Origin: Macrostomum lignano
Taxonomy: Eukaryota
Length of the DNA: 64,000 nt
Assembly: GCA_002269645.1 (NCBI GenBank)
Contig: NIVC01000910.1
Location: forward strand, 1-64,000
Direction: 5' to 3'
Part shown: piece after piece, positions 49,401-60,265 of the stretch
How positions within the stretch are numbered: position 1 is the first letter of the stretch
How the letters are laid out: each line of letters begins with the position of its first letter
Made by a program: the position numbers and the translations under genes
Notes under the pieces: model-generated
Seen by the model: only the letters and a program-made list of their open reading frames with translations
Database searches by the model: none
Told to the model about the DNA's origin: nothing

Positions 49401-52400
49401 AGCTATGCATATAATGTCTAGCATGCTGCTTATAAAGTTTTTATCAAATTTTTCTTTATTCAGACCAATACATTTTAATCATTAATTATGGAGACCTTTA
49501 TTTGATACTAACTTAACACTCCTTTTTACGAGCCCAGTTAGATAAAATTTGGTTATATAACTAAATATTTCAAAGTACAAACCAAACTGCACACCTTGCA
49601 GACTCCACCTGCGTACAGAAGCCCAGCCTTGAGGACATAAAAAAGGACAAGAAGTATCAGAAGCTGGTGCAAAAGTGCGAAAAGGAATATTTGGCCCTGT
49701 TGAAACGAAATCAAAAGGTATGAATTACAACTTAAATAGGAGTTGACACGAAAATTGGCCTGGAGACTTGAGTACGACTCTTGAGACCCCTCTCCAATGT
49801 ACACGTTTATCAACCCTTCTTTAATGTACATTCTTATCAACCCTCTCCAATGTACACTCTTATCAACCCCTGTCCCACCTCACTCCAATGTACACTCTTA
49901 TCACCCCTGTCCCACCTCACTCCAATGTACACTCTTATCAACCCCTGTCCCACCTCACTCCAATGTACACTCTTATCAACCCCTGTCCCACCTCACTCCA
50001 ATGTACACTCTTATCAACCCCTGTCCCACCTCACTCCAATGTACACTCTTATCACCCCTGCCCCACCTCACTCCAATGTACACTCTTATCAACCCCTGTC
50101 CTACCTCACTCCAATGTACACTCTTATCAACCCCTGTCCCACCTCACTCCAATGTACACTCTTATCAACCCCTGTCCCACATCACTCCAATGTACACTCT
50201 TATTAACCCCTGTCCTACCTCACTCCAATGTACAATCTTATCAACCCTGTCCCACCTCACTCCAATGTACACTCTTATCAACCCCTGCCCCACCTCACTC
50301 CAATGTACACTCTGCGACCATCGACTGTCCCCAGGGTAAGTTGAGTTCCCAAAGCCCCTGAGAACTGACTCGCCACTGTAACCTGACAGGAACTGGTGTC
50401 CCTTCGAGCCAAGCATCGCATCGCTCTAGCCAAGCTACACTCCGACGGTGTCCCGGCGTCTTCGCTCTCCTCGTCGACCAAGCGCCGATTCTTTGGCGGC
50501 GGCGGCAAACTGCTCTCGCAGTCGCTGCGACAGCACGCCGCCTCGCACGAGGAGATTCGAGGCGAAGCAGCCAGGAGCGCCTCCGAGAAAGAGTTCGGCA
50601 AGCGGGTGAGAATTTCGAGTTGGAGGTTTGCCCATTCAGTGGCGCCAAGTTCAGAAGAGTGGCGCCAAATTCAGAAGAGTCGCAGTAAATTTGGAAGAGT
50701 GGCGCTAAAATCAGAAAAGCGGCGCCAAAATCAGGAGAGTGGCGCCAAATTTAGAAGAGTGGCGCCAAAATCTGAAGAGCGGCGCCAAATTCAGAAGAGT
50801 GGCGCTAAAATGAGAAGAAAGGTGCCAAATTTGGAAGAGTGGCGCTAAAATCAGGAGAGTGGCGCCAAAATCAGGAGAGTGGCGCCCAAATCAGAACAGG
50901 CGCCAAAATCAGAAGAGTAGCGCAAGGGCACAATATTTAAGTTTTTCGTCACTTTTTACATTTTAACCTCTAAAACATGTATTTTCGATACATATCGTCC
51001 CAACTCAGGCCGGTCCCCTGTCCAGCGCCCAGGACTCCGAGGTCCGCGACCAGCTGGAGATTCAGGCCAGGGCCGAATACGAACTGCAGGTCCGACATCG
51101 GGCAGCTCAACAGGACGAGCTGCTGCGAGCGGTGGTCACAGCGACGGCGGTCGGGGAAAAGACGCTGAACTCGCTGTACACCCAGGAGCACGCGGCGCTG
51201 AAGAAAGCGCAGGAAAAGCACCGTAACGCTGAGGCGCGGCAGTTGACCAAGCAGTTCAAAGCGCAGCAGCAGGGCGCATCTGCCAACGCCATTGCCGACC
51301 TGCGCGAGGCCCGTCGTGAGTGCCAGCAGCGCCAGGTGGCCGGGGCGGTCGCCGAGCTGCAGGCGCTCGACGGGTTGCACAAGAAGCGACTTCGAGAGCT
51401 GAGAGACCACGGCGACTGTCTGCGGCGGGCGGTTGAGACCGAGTTTGATGAGGTTTGAACACACACACGCGCTCACACAGGGTGTACCGGCGGCCCTGAC
51501 TTTTAATAGTCATGAATGTGGCCGCGGATCGAACCAGGAAAACATCTTCTTTCACCTATGTGCTCTATTTTCGAAATTATGACAGAATGTTTAACGAATG
51601 GACACGGATAATGTTGAACCGTTAGCCCAGTAGCAATTGCAGGATCCTTTGATTAACCACAGGTTTACAGGTTAGACAGGTGGTTTTACCGGGTAGACAG
51701 GTAGGTTTACAGGTTAGACAGGTGGTTTTACCGGGTAGACAGGTAGGTTTACAGGTTAGACAGGTGGTTTTACCGGGTAGACAGGTAGGTTTACAAGTTA
51801 GACAGGTAGGTTTACCGGGTAGACAGGTGGGTTTACCGGTTAGACAGGTAGGTTTACAGGTTAGACAGGTAGGTTTACAGGTAAGATGGGTAGGTTTACA
51901 GGTTAGACAGGTAGGGTTACAGGTTAGACAGGTAGGTTTACAGGTTAGATGGGTAGGTTTACAGGTTAGACAGGTAGGTTTGCAGGTTAGACAGGTAGGT
52001 TTACAGGTTAGAAAGGTAGGTTTACCGGTTAGACAGGCAGATTTACAGGTTAGACAGGTAGGTTTACAGGTTAGACAGACAGATTTACAGGTTAGACAGA
52101 CAGATTTACAGCTAAGACAGGTAGGTTTACAACTTAGACAGGTAGATTTACAGGTTAGAAAGGTAGGTTTACAGGTTAGACAGGTAGGTTTACAGGTTAG
52201 ACAGGCAGATTTACAGCTAAGACAGGTAGGTTTACAGGTTAGACAGGTAGGTTTACAGGTTAGACAGGTAGGTTTACAGGTTAGACAGGTAGGTTTACAG
52301 GTTAGACAGGTAGGTTTACTGATTAGACAGGTAGGTCTACTAGTTAGACAGGTAGGTTTACAGGTTAGACAGGCAGGTTTACAGGTTAGACAGGTAGGTT

Positions 52401-52614
52401 TACCGGGTAGACAGGTAGGTTTACAGGCTACACAGGTAGATTTATAGGTCAGACAGACAGATATTTTGAAAAAAAAACTCCTTTGAACTATATTTCCCAG
52501 GAACGCCGCAAACTTGACGAAGAGCAGTTATCTCGCCTAGTTGAGATCAACAAAAGCGCCGTGGAGACTACAGCTGGAGCCGCAGCTGCTGGAGTGCTGC
52601 GTCCAACGAACTGA
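43463..52614 (+). CDS. PLCB: Phospholipase C-beta, 3' half (end of Y domain, C2 domain, coiled-coil CTD)
   Basis: Phase-consistent GT-AG exons: 43463-43587 ([41 protein letters not shown]), 44383-44702, 45221-45425 (C2), 45925-46022 ([11 protein letters not shown]), 46781-47063, 48638-48751, 49602-49717, 50390-50605, 51009-51452 and 52501-52614 (TGA). The linker exons at 46781 and 48638 are less certain. Confidence 0.93.
43870..44355. repeat. ~22-bp intronic minisatellite (CAGACACCTGTCA...)
   Basis: Visible tandem units. Confidence 0.9.
44780..45070. repeat. ~35-bp intronic minisatellite (GGTCTTTGTCGGGTTTGGGTATGTACATT)
   Basis: Visible tandem units. Confidence 0.9.
45470..45830. repeat. ~37-bp intronic minisatellite (GACTACCTGCAATCAATGTACACAC)
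   Basis: Visible tandem units. Confidence 0.85.
46115..46776. repeat. 35-bp intronic minisatellite (TATCAACCCCTG..CCAC.TCACTCCAATGTACACTCT)
   Basis: About 19 units; a related array lies at 49790-50312 and a 39-bp variant at 48925-49378. Confidence 0.95.
47140..48550. repeat. 21-23-bp intronic minisatellite (GAATGACTAGATCTGG.TTCTT)
   Basis: About 1.4 kb of tandem units. Confidence 0.95.
48925..50312. repeat. 39-bp and 35-bp minisatellites flanking PLC exon 49602-49717
   Basis: Share the AATGTACAC/TATCAACCCCTG core with the 46115 array. Confidence 0.9.
50640..50915. repeat. 20-bp minisatellite (GGCGCCAAA.TCAG.AGAGT)
   Basis: Visible tandem units. Confidence 0.9.
51660..52460. repeat. 21-bp minisatellite (ACAGGTTAGACAGGTAGGTTT)
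   Basis: Explains the QVRQVGL pseudo-ORF. Confidence 0.95.
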
Positions 52615-53169
52615 CAGCTCGTAACCATGACAACAGTTTCCGAGTTTATTTATTTATTTTTTCGGACAAGTATAGAAATGAAGGTCATGCGGTCAGAATC
52701 TAGTATCCTAGTAGGCATATTATAAACTTGTATTACAATGTGTCATTGTGAAGAATCTTAAGAAGTACCTATGTCAGTTCTTGTAGTTCTCCTTATACTA
52801 ACCAGATCTGATTATTTTACCAGACTCTATACGATAATGTTAATTTAAATCTTACTGTAATGTAGCTTTCAGTTAAATCTCACTGAATTAAATCCTACAT
52901 TCCGGGAACCACAAGCATAAATTTATAATCTTTACTAAACTACGTACTTCTAAAATATATTTTAGCCCCGTATCAGAGGTGTGTCTTAAAAAACAATTTC
53001 GACTTCATCGGGTTTTTACTTTAAGTAGAATGACTAGAAAAGTTAATTCGATTTTCTGCACAAATCCCAGATGTAGTTATATAATTGCATAGCTTCATAA
53101 CATACCGGATTACGGTAAATTTAATCGAGAGGAGATTATGAAGACGTAGGATAATGAAGAGAGAATGAA

Positions 53170-54230
53170 TAGAGAGTAGGATAAAGGCAAGGGGAATCCC
53201 AGAGGGTAGGATAAAGGCAAGGGGAATCCCAGAGGGTAGGATAAAGGCAAGGGGAATCCCAGAGGGTAGGATAAAGGCAAGGGGAATCCCAGAGGGTAGG
53301 ATAAAGGCAAGGGGAATCCCAGAGGGTAGGATAAAGGCAAGGGGAATCCCAGAGGGTAGGATAAAGGCAAGGGGAATCCCAGAGGGTAGGATAAAGGCAA
53401 GGGGAATCCCAGAGAGTAGGATAAAGGCAAGGGGAATCCAAGAGGGTAAGGATAAAGGCAAGGGGAATCCCAGAGGGTAGGATAAAGGCAAGGGGAATCC
53501 CAGAGGGTAGTATAAAGGCAAGGGGAATCCCAGAGGGTAGGATAAAGGCAAGGGGAATCCCAGAGAGTAGGATAAAGGCAAGGGGAATCCCAGAGGGTAG
53601 GATAAAGGCAAGGGGAATCCCAGAGAGTAGGATAAAGACAAGGGGAATCCCAGAGAGTAGGATAAATAAAGGCAAGGGGAATCCCAGGGGTTAAAATATC
53701 CGAATAGAGGCAAGGGGAATCCCAGAGAGTAGGATAAAGGCTAGGGGAATACCAGAAAGTAGGATAAATAAAGGCAAGGGGAATCCCAGAGAGTAGGATA
53801 AAGATAAGGGGAATCCCAGAGAGTAGGATAAATAAAGGCAAGGGGAATCCCAGAGAGTAGGATAAAGGCAAGGGGAATCCCAGAGAGTAATATAAATTAA
53901 GGCAAGGTTAATCCCAGAGTAGGATAAAGGCAAGGGGAATCCCAGAGAGTAGGATAAATAAAGGCAGGGGGAATCCCAGAGAGTAGGATAAAGACAAGGG
54001 GAATCCCGGAGAGTAGGATAAATAAAGGCAATGGGAATCCCAGAGAGTAATATAAATAAGGCAAGGGGAATCCCAGAGAGTAGGATAAAGGCAAGGGGAA
54101 TCCCAGAGAGTAGGATAAATAAAGGCAAGGGGAATCCCAGAGAGTAGGATAAAGGCAAGGGGAATCCCAGAGAGTAGCATAAAGGCCATGGGAATCCCAG
54201 AAGTTGAATATAAGGCAAGGAGAATCCCAG
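53170..54230. repeat. 30-bp minisatellite (AGAG.GTAGGATAAAGGCAAGGGGAATCCC)
   Basis: Perfect 30-bp period at 53180-53400. Confidence 0.95.
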
Positions 54231-55204
54231 AGGGCTATATTTAGGTACATGGAAGGACGGAAATCAAAGGTACAAACAAGGTGAATCAATTTAGAGACAA
54301 ATAGAGAACAAACAATCAAGAATTATTATTTATACATAAACGGTCTGCATAAAGCGTTCACAACTCTCAGTTATATTTAAATTATTTTTACATTTACAGT
54401 ACAATATACAATCGGTAGAAGTAGCAATTAAACAGAGATATACAACAACAAACAGAAAATAAGCAATTTATGCAACACACAAACAAACAATTCTAGACAG
54501 ACAAGACAGCAATTCAATAATTTGTACCTGCAGAAGCGCGCGCATGGAATATCATTACATATTTTTAATTTCTACTTGTAATTAAAAACAAGAAACTTCA
54601 AGCAAAAATAAGCAGCCCTTTCTACTCATCTAAGTAATATATAGAGCAAAGTAATTAGTAGATATACAGGTAAGCTTGAAATTAAATTATATAAGGCTTA
54701 ATTTCTAAATTTCATGCGCCAAGTTTGCGTGGAGAATTAAGAAATAATGTTAAAACATTTTTTGGTTGGCTTCAGTTGGCTAAAAGTACAAACAAATGTA
54801 GTTTGTAGAAAAATGTTAATAAATAAGGCGTATAATTGATTAATTAATAAATAAGTAGACAGAATTAAAGGTTAACACAGCCGGCAAAGGTGAGCATAAC
54901 CGATTTCAGTTAAAATTGATTTTTGTTTTAAACTTAGAAATAACTACTACGCTCGTATATAATTCAGACTTTTTGGATAATGCACAGTTTTTAGACAGAG
55001 AATGAATGGCTAGCTTATGATATAACAGCTCATGTGAATCATTATCGAGGTCCAACAGTGTGTGAACAGTTATTGGTGGCAAGCACACAGAGTGAGCAGG
55101 GTTGAATTCTTTGCATACTTGAGATGAAACATGTACATGAAATATTTAGTGGAATCGCTGAATAAACTGCTTCCTTGATACTACGCCATTAGGTGTACCT
55201 ATGA

Positions 55205-55845
55205 GAATCTGGGAGGCTGGCCCAGCAACTGAGGATCTGAGAGGCTGGCCCAGCAACTAATGAGGATCTGATAAGCTGGCCCAACAACTAATGAGGATCT
55301 GAGAGGCTGGCCCAGCAATTGAGGATCTGGGAGGCTGGCCCAGCAACTGATGAGGATCTGAGAGGCTGGCCCAGCAACTGAGAATCTGAGGCTGGCCCAG
55401 CAACTGAGGATCTGAGAGGCTGGCCCAGCAACTGAGGATCTGGGAGGCTGGCCCAGCAACTGAGGATCTGAGAGGCTGGCCCAGCAACTAATGAGGATCT
55501 GATAAGCTGGCCCAACAACTAATGAGGATCTGAGAGGCTGGCCCAGCAACTGAGGATCTGGGAGGCTGGCCCAGCAACTGAGGATCTGAGAGGCTGGCCC
55601 AGCAACTGAGGATCTGGGAGGCTGGCCCAGCAACTGAGGATCTGAGAGGCTGGCCCAGCAACTGAGGATCTGAGAGGCTGGCCCAGCAACTGAGGATCTG
55701 GGAGGCTGGTGGCCCAGCAACTGAGGATCTGAGAGGCTGGCCCAGCAACTGAGGATCTGGGAGGCTGGCCCAGCAACTGAGGATCTGGGAGGCTGGCCCA
55801 GCAACTGAGGATCTGAGAGGCTGGCCCAGCAACTGATGAGGATCT
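55205..55845. repeat. 28-bp minisatellite (GAGGATCTG.GAGGCTGGCCCAGCAACT)
   Basis: Visible tandem units. Confidence 0.95.
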
Positions 55846-56599
55846 AGCAAAAAGCGAACACAGTGAAAGCAATCAAAAGCAAGCTACCAGAAGGGCCAAG
55901 CAAATACAAAGCTATATCACACGCAGAATGTTACACAAAAGTAATTAACTCATCATCATTGCATTGCTGCCTGACCGTCGAGTGCTGACTTCCGGCCTCT
56001 GTGGTGTCAGCTGAAATGAAAGTTTAATGAATAAACAAACAATGTAGAAACTTATAAAAACTATAGAAATAAAAAGTTAGTAAGAATATTAAAATGTTTA
56101 ATAGCATTCAGTAATTTTTCATGCTTTCTCAAATAAATTTGCTTTTCAGATCATTCAAAAAAGTCAACTAAAAGTTGTGTAACACACTACTAATAGTTCT
56201 ATTAGTCAGAGTAGTAGAAAGTGCAAAATTACATTATTTTTGTTTGCACTAAAATTTCAACTACATCTGAAAAATGATTTAACTTTTAAAGTACGTGAAA
56301 ATATGGATTCCAGTTAGTTACCAATGTTGGGTGACCACATTTTTACAGCCAAGTTGTGAACACTGTTGTTTTAAATGATTTTTAATTACAAATTACATGT
56401 AATTATAATTATGATTGTTTACCTGCCTGTATAACATTTTTAATTAGAAATAGAAAAGTTTACTACAAAAACTGAGCTGTGTGAATTAGTATAGCAAAAC
56501 TGCCGTTTGTGCACAAGAGGAAATGCTTGTTCAAAACGCATGAAAATGACCTTTAATGTAAGTTTGAATGTATATAGCTTGCTTGACATAGACATTAAG

Positions 56600-56995
56600 A
56601 GGTGTGAAGTGATGCAACCAACAATGACTTATAAATGAGAGAGTATGTGAAGTGATGCAACCAACAATGACTCATAAATGAGAGGGTGTAAAGTGATGCA
56701 ACCAACAATGACTCATAAATGAGAGAGGATGTGAAGTGATGCAACTAACAATGACTCATAAATGAGAGAGGATGTGAAGTGGTGCAACCAACAATGACTC
56801 ATAAATGAGAGAGGATGTGAAGTGATGCAAACAACAATGACTCATAAATGAGAGAGGATGTGAAATGATGCAACCAACAATGACTCATAAATGGGAAAGG
56901 ATGTGAAGTGATGCAACCAACAATGACTCATAAATGAGAAAGGATGTGAAGTGATGCAACCAACAATGACCCATAAATGAGATAGTGCGAAGTGA
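56600..56995. repeat. ~43-bp minisatellite (GTGAAGTGATGCAACCAACAATGACTCATAAATGAGA)
   Basis: About 9 units. Confidence 0.9.
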
Positions 56996-58345
56996 TAAAG
57001 CTAAAAATGACCATGGAATGATTTTGACGGGCATATAAAGTTCAGCACTTCAATTTGACGCTGTCATTCATTGTTAATTTCCAGCACACCATGAGTTAAA
57101 AGCCAGACCGAACTACTGCAGATTAGCTCAAACAAACCAAAAAATGTCGTTTTATAGATAATGGTCAAAAAAAACAAAAATAACTTTGTTATGCATTGAT
57201 ATTATAACATTATTAAGCTGCTAAAGATATTGGCTTGCTGGTTTCGCAGGTTAATGAAATATAGTTAAGTGTTATATATTACTATTAAACATGAGTTATT
57301 GCAGTATAGTTAAACAAATATACCTTGTTTAATTTGCAGGAATTTTTAGTCATTCTATCCGAGAGATTCTAAGAAAAAAACGGCAAGGTAAAGGAACTGC
57401 ACAAATACGATTGGCTTATTAAATAAAGTGATTTAGTTTTCGGTAGAGGATTTAATCATTTTACAATCGGGAAAGATATAATTGATTGATTTATTAAAAT
57501 CAACAAATTGTGACAAATGTTATCACACAACGGCAACACTTTATACTAAATAATTGTTAATTAATCTGTTAAAGTTTTGTATTCCGGATTAGGGATTATC
57601 TTTGTTTATTAACTTATGTAATCATGGGACAGTAGTAGTATGGGATAACAGAACTCCGCCGCAGGAACCTCCGTGGAAAAGCCATGGGCCCTAGTGAGCG
57701 AACATACGGGCCCATGCAAATCCATTGAGCGACTCTGCCGCAGGGCAGGCCATGGAAATTCCGTGAGACCTCCTAGTGAGAGTACATTGGTGCAAGTATT
57801 TGCGAATGGGGTGGGGCTCCGCGGGAATTCCGTTAACCGCAATGAATGAGTATTGGCAAATGCGTGTTCTGCTACGACGGACACAGGCGGTTCGGTTCAT
57901 AAAACCAGGCAATGCTTTGCTTCTGAATGACATTTAATATTCCATCGGGTATCGTAAAAGGAGGAGGGGCGTGTCTTTATTTCAATGATTACAATAAAAT
58001 CAATTTGCAATTCATGTCTAAAATTTGAGCTACCAACTGTTGAAAAATCACTTGATTTTGGAATTTAAGGATTTTGGAATTTTGGAATTAATTGAAACTT
58101 TTGCCTATTAATTAGGCAAAAGTTTCAATAACAAGATGCTGCTTTAATAACAAGATGACTGTAAACATAGCTAAGCTGTAAACATAGCTAAGCTGTAAAC
58201 ATAGCGGCTATGTTTTTATTAACACAGATTCGAATAAGCGAGGTATATAAGACACCGTATACTTGAATACGGGACATAAGTTTCTACTTCTAATTTGAAT
58301 TTAACTTCAATTTGATTTTTCTATTCAAACATTAAAAAATTTGGA

Positions 58346-59566
58346 ATGAATAAATCGCGCTGCCCTTCATATGTGTACGAGGTATGCATTTCATGCAACT
58401 CATGTGAGCTCGGTGGCTTAAAACGTCACAAAATGAAAAGCAGCTGCAATGTCAGTCGCTGGCTGCTTTGCCACGAGTGCCAGACGCGTGAGCTCTTTAA
58501 TGTGCGCCAGCAAGTTCGAGCTCACAAAAACCACATTATTATTAACTGGAGCTCACCTGGAGATTTAAAACGAGCCCGCTTTGCTGCCTTGGAGGCTGCC
58601 CAGCGTCAAGAGCAGCTCAACATTATCGAGCGCAGTCGAGCACCGGTCAGCGCACTCAGCCAGACAATTCAGGGCGTCTTTCAGCAGCCTGATGAAGATT
58701 TTCAGCACGCTACCGATGCAAACTTTGATCTGCTTGCCGCTGCACTTGCCGCTGTGGAGCAGCAATCAGATTTTTTTGGTTCAACCGCTGCGCCAGCTGC
58801 TGATGCCGGCCTCCCAGCTGACGGTGCCGGCCTTCCAGCTGCTGATGCCGGCCTCCCAGCTGACGGTGCCGGCCTTCCAACTACTGATGCCGGCCTCCCA
58901 GCTGACGGTGCCGGCCTTCCAACTACTGATGCCGGCCTCCCAGCTGACGGTGCCGGCCTTCCAACTACTGATGCCGGCCTCCCAGCTGACGGTGCCGGCC
59001 TTCCAACTACTGATGCCGGCCTCCCAGCTGACGGTGCCGGCCTTCCAACTACTGATGCCGGCCTCCCAGCTGACGGTGCCGGCCTTCCAACTACTGATGC
59101 CGGCCTCCCAGCTGACGGTGCCGGCCTTCCAACTACTGATGCCGGCCTCCCAGCTGACAGTGCCGGCCTTCCAACTGCTGATGCCGGCCTCCCAGCTGAC
59201 GATTCCACTGGTTTTGCAGCTCCTTCGGAGTTGGATACTGCCTTCTTCGAGGATGTCGATTTGGAGCCTGTTGAGCTGGCAAATGAAGAAGCTGAGCAGC
59301 AACAGATGCCACCCTACAGGCCTGTTCCAGTCGCAGGAAAAAATATGGAGCAAGCCAGAATGATGGCAGAAGCAAGCCTATCCGATCTCCTGCGAGAATT
59401 CGAACCTCCTACTCCACCGGCTGCACCAGAAATCCAAACCGGTGACATCCCAGTCGTAGAAGCCATGCCACCGATGCCACCGTCAGTCTGCATTCAGCTG
59501 GTACTACCGAGCAGAGTCGAGGGCGAGTATTTTATTGACCTTGGGGAGGAACTCGCATTCGCTTAA
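58346..59566 (+). CDS. Polinton accessory ORF (406 aa): Cys/His-rich N-terminus and 14-aa repeats
   Basis: ATG-to-TAA ORF; CxxCxxC...CxxC...H motif; 42-bp in-frame repeats (GLPADGAGLPTTDA) at about 58800-59200. Confidence 0.7.
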   Translation: MNKSRCPSYVYEVCISCNSCELGGLKRHKMKSSCNVSRWLLCHECQTRELFNVRQQVRAHKNHIIINWSSPGDLKRARFAALEAAQRQEQLNIIERSRAPVSALSQTIQGVFQQPDEDFQHATDANFDLLAAALAAVEQQSDFFGSTAAPAADAGLPADGAGLPAADAGLPADGAGLPTTDAGLPADGAGLPTTDAGLPADGAGLPTTDAGLPADGAGLPTTDAGLPADGAGLPTTDAGLPADGAGLPTTDAGLPADGAGLPTTDAGLPADSAGLPTADAGLPADDSTGFAAPSELDTAFFEDVDLEPVELANEEAEQQQMPPYRPVPVAGKNMEQARMMAEASLSDLLREFEPPTPPAAPEIQTGDIPVVEAMPPMPPSVCIQLVLPSRVEGEYFIDLGEELAFA

Positions 59567-60265
59567 GTAGCTCTTAAAGTGTCCCAGTTCAAAGTATTTA
59601 AAAGTAGGGGAAACGAGATTTGTAGATTTTTAGGGTAAAACCAATGCATTCTACCCTGCATAAATATTAACTAATTACGTTGCACCTCATCGTGCTCATA
59701 CAGGTTTCTCATAAACAAAGTGAAAAAGAAAATAATTTAGGCTTACTGTTCAAACTTATTCTTATAATAAAGCTTTAATAAGCAGCTTTAATTAGTAGGG
59801 TGACTAACGAGCATGATTTTTTGCATTGCGAAATGCTTTACCAGAAATATAATGGATTGATGGTTGCTTTTAATGAAAGCTTTTGCACTTTCTTGGACTT
59901 TGTTGAATTCATTACTTGTTTTTTTTCAATCATGTGAATATCTTCGAAGAAGTTATAGGTTCACTCGCTTATAGAATTACCGTTAGGTTCACAGCATCTA
60001 CTCAACTCTATGAGTATAATATGGGATTGATGATCTATGATACCCAATGTTTAGAATGACATGAATTTGGTTTGTCAAGCATGACTTTGGTTAGATTCAA
60101 TTTCTGCTCCATAGAGCTCTGAATGCTGGAAATTTATCACTCCACTACATCTCTGACAGAATCGCTCTTGGGTTAAATTTATCAAACAACACTTTTACAC
60201 TGGAATTTCAGCAGCATTGAGTTCTTCACTAAATGTCGCTCTATTTCTAATATTAATTCTCTGCA

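Noticed and set aside
51680-52447. 255-aa QVRQVGL ORF
   Set aside because: Translation of a 21-bp minisatellite inside the last PLC intron.
53021-55872. Repetitive ORFs (YPTLWDSPCL, SCWASLSDPQ)
   Set aside because: Translations of 30-bp and 28-bp minisatellites.
54900-56010. Possible minus-strand terminal exons of another gene
   Set aside because: Short open stretches with an acceptor near 56000, but no recognisable motif or consistent exon chain.
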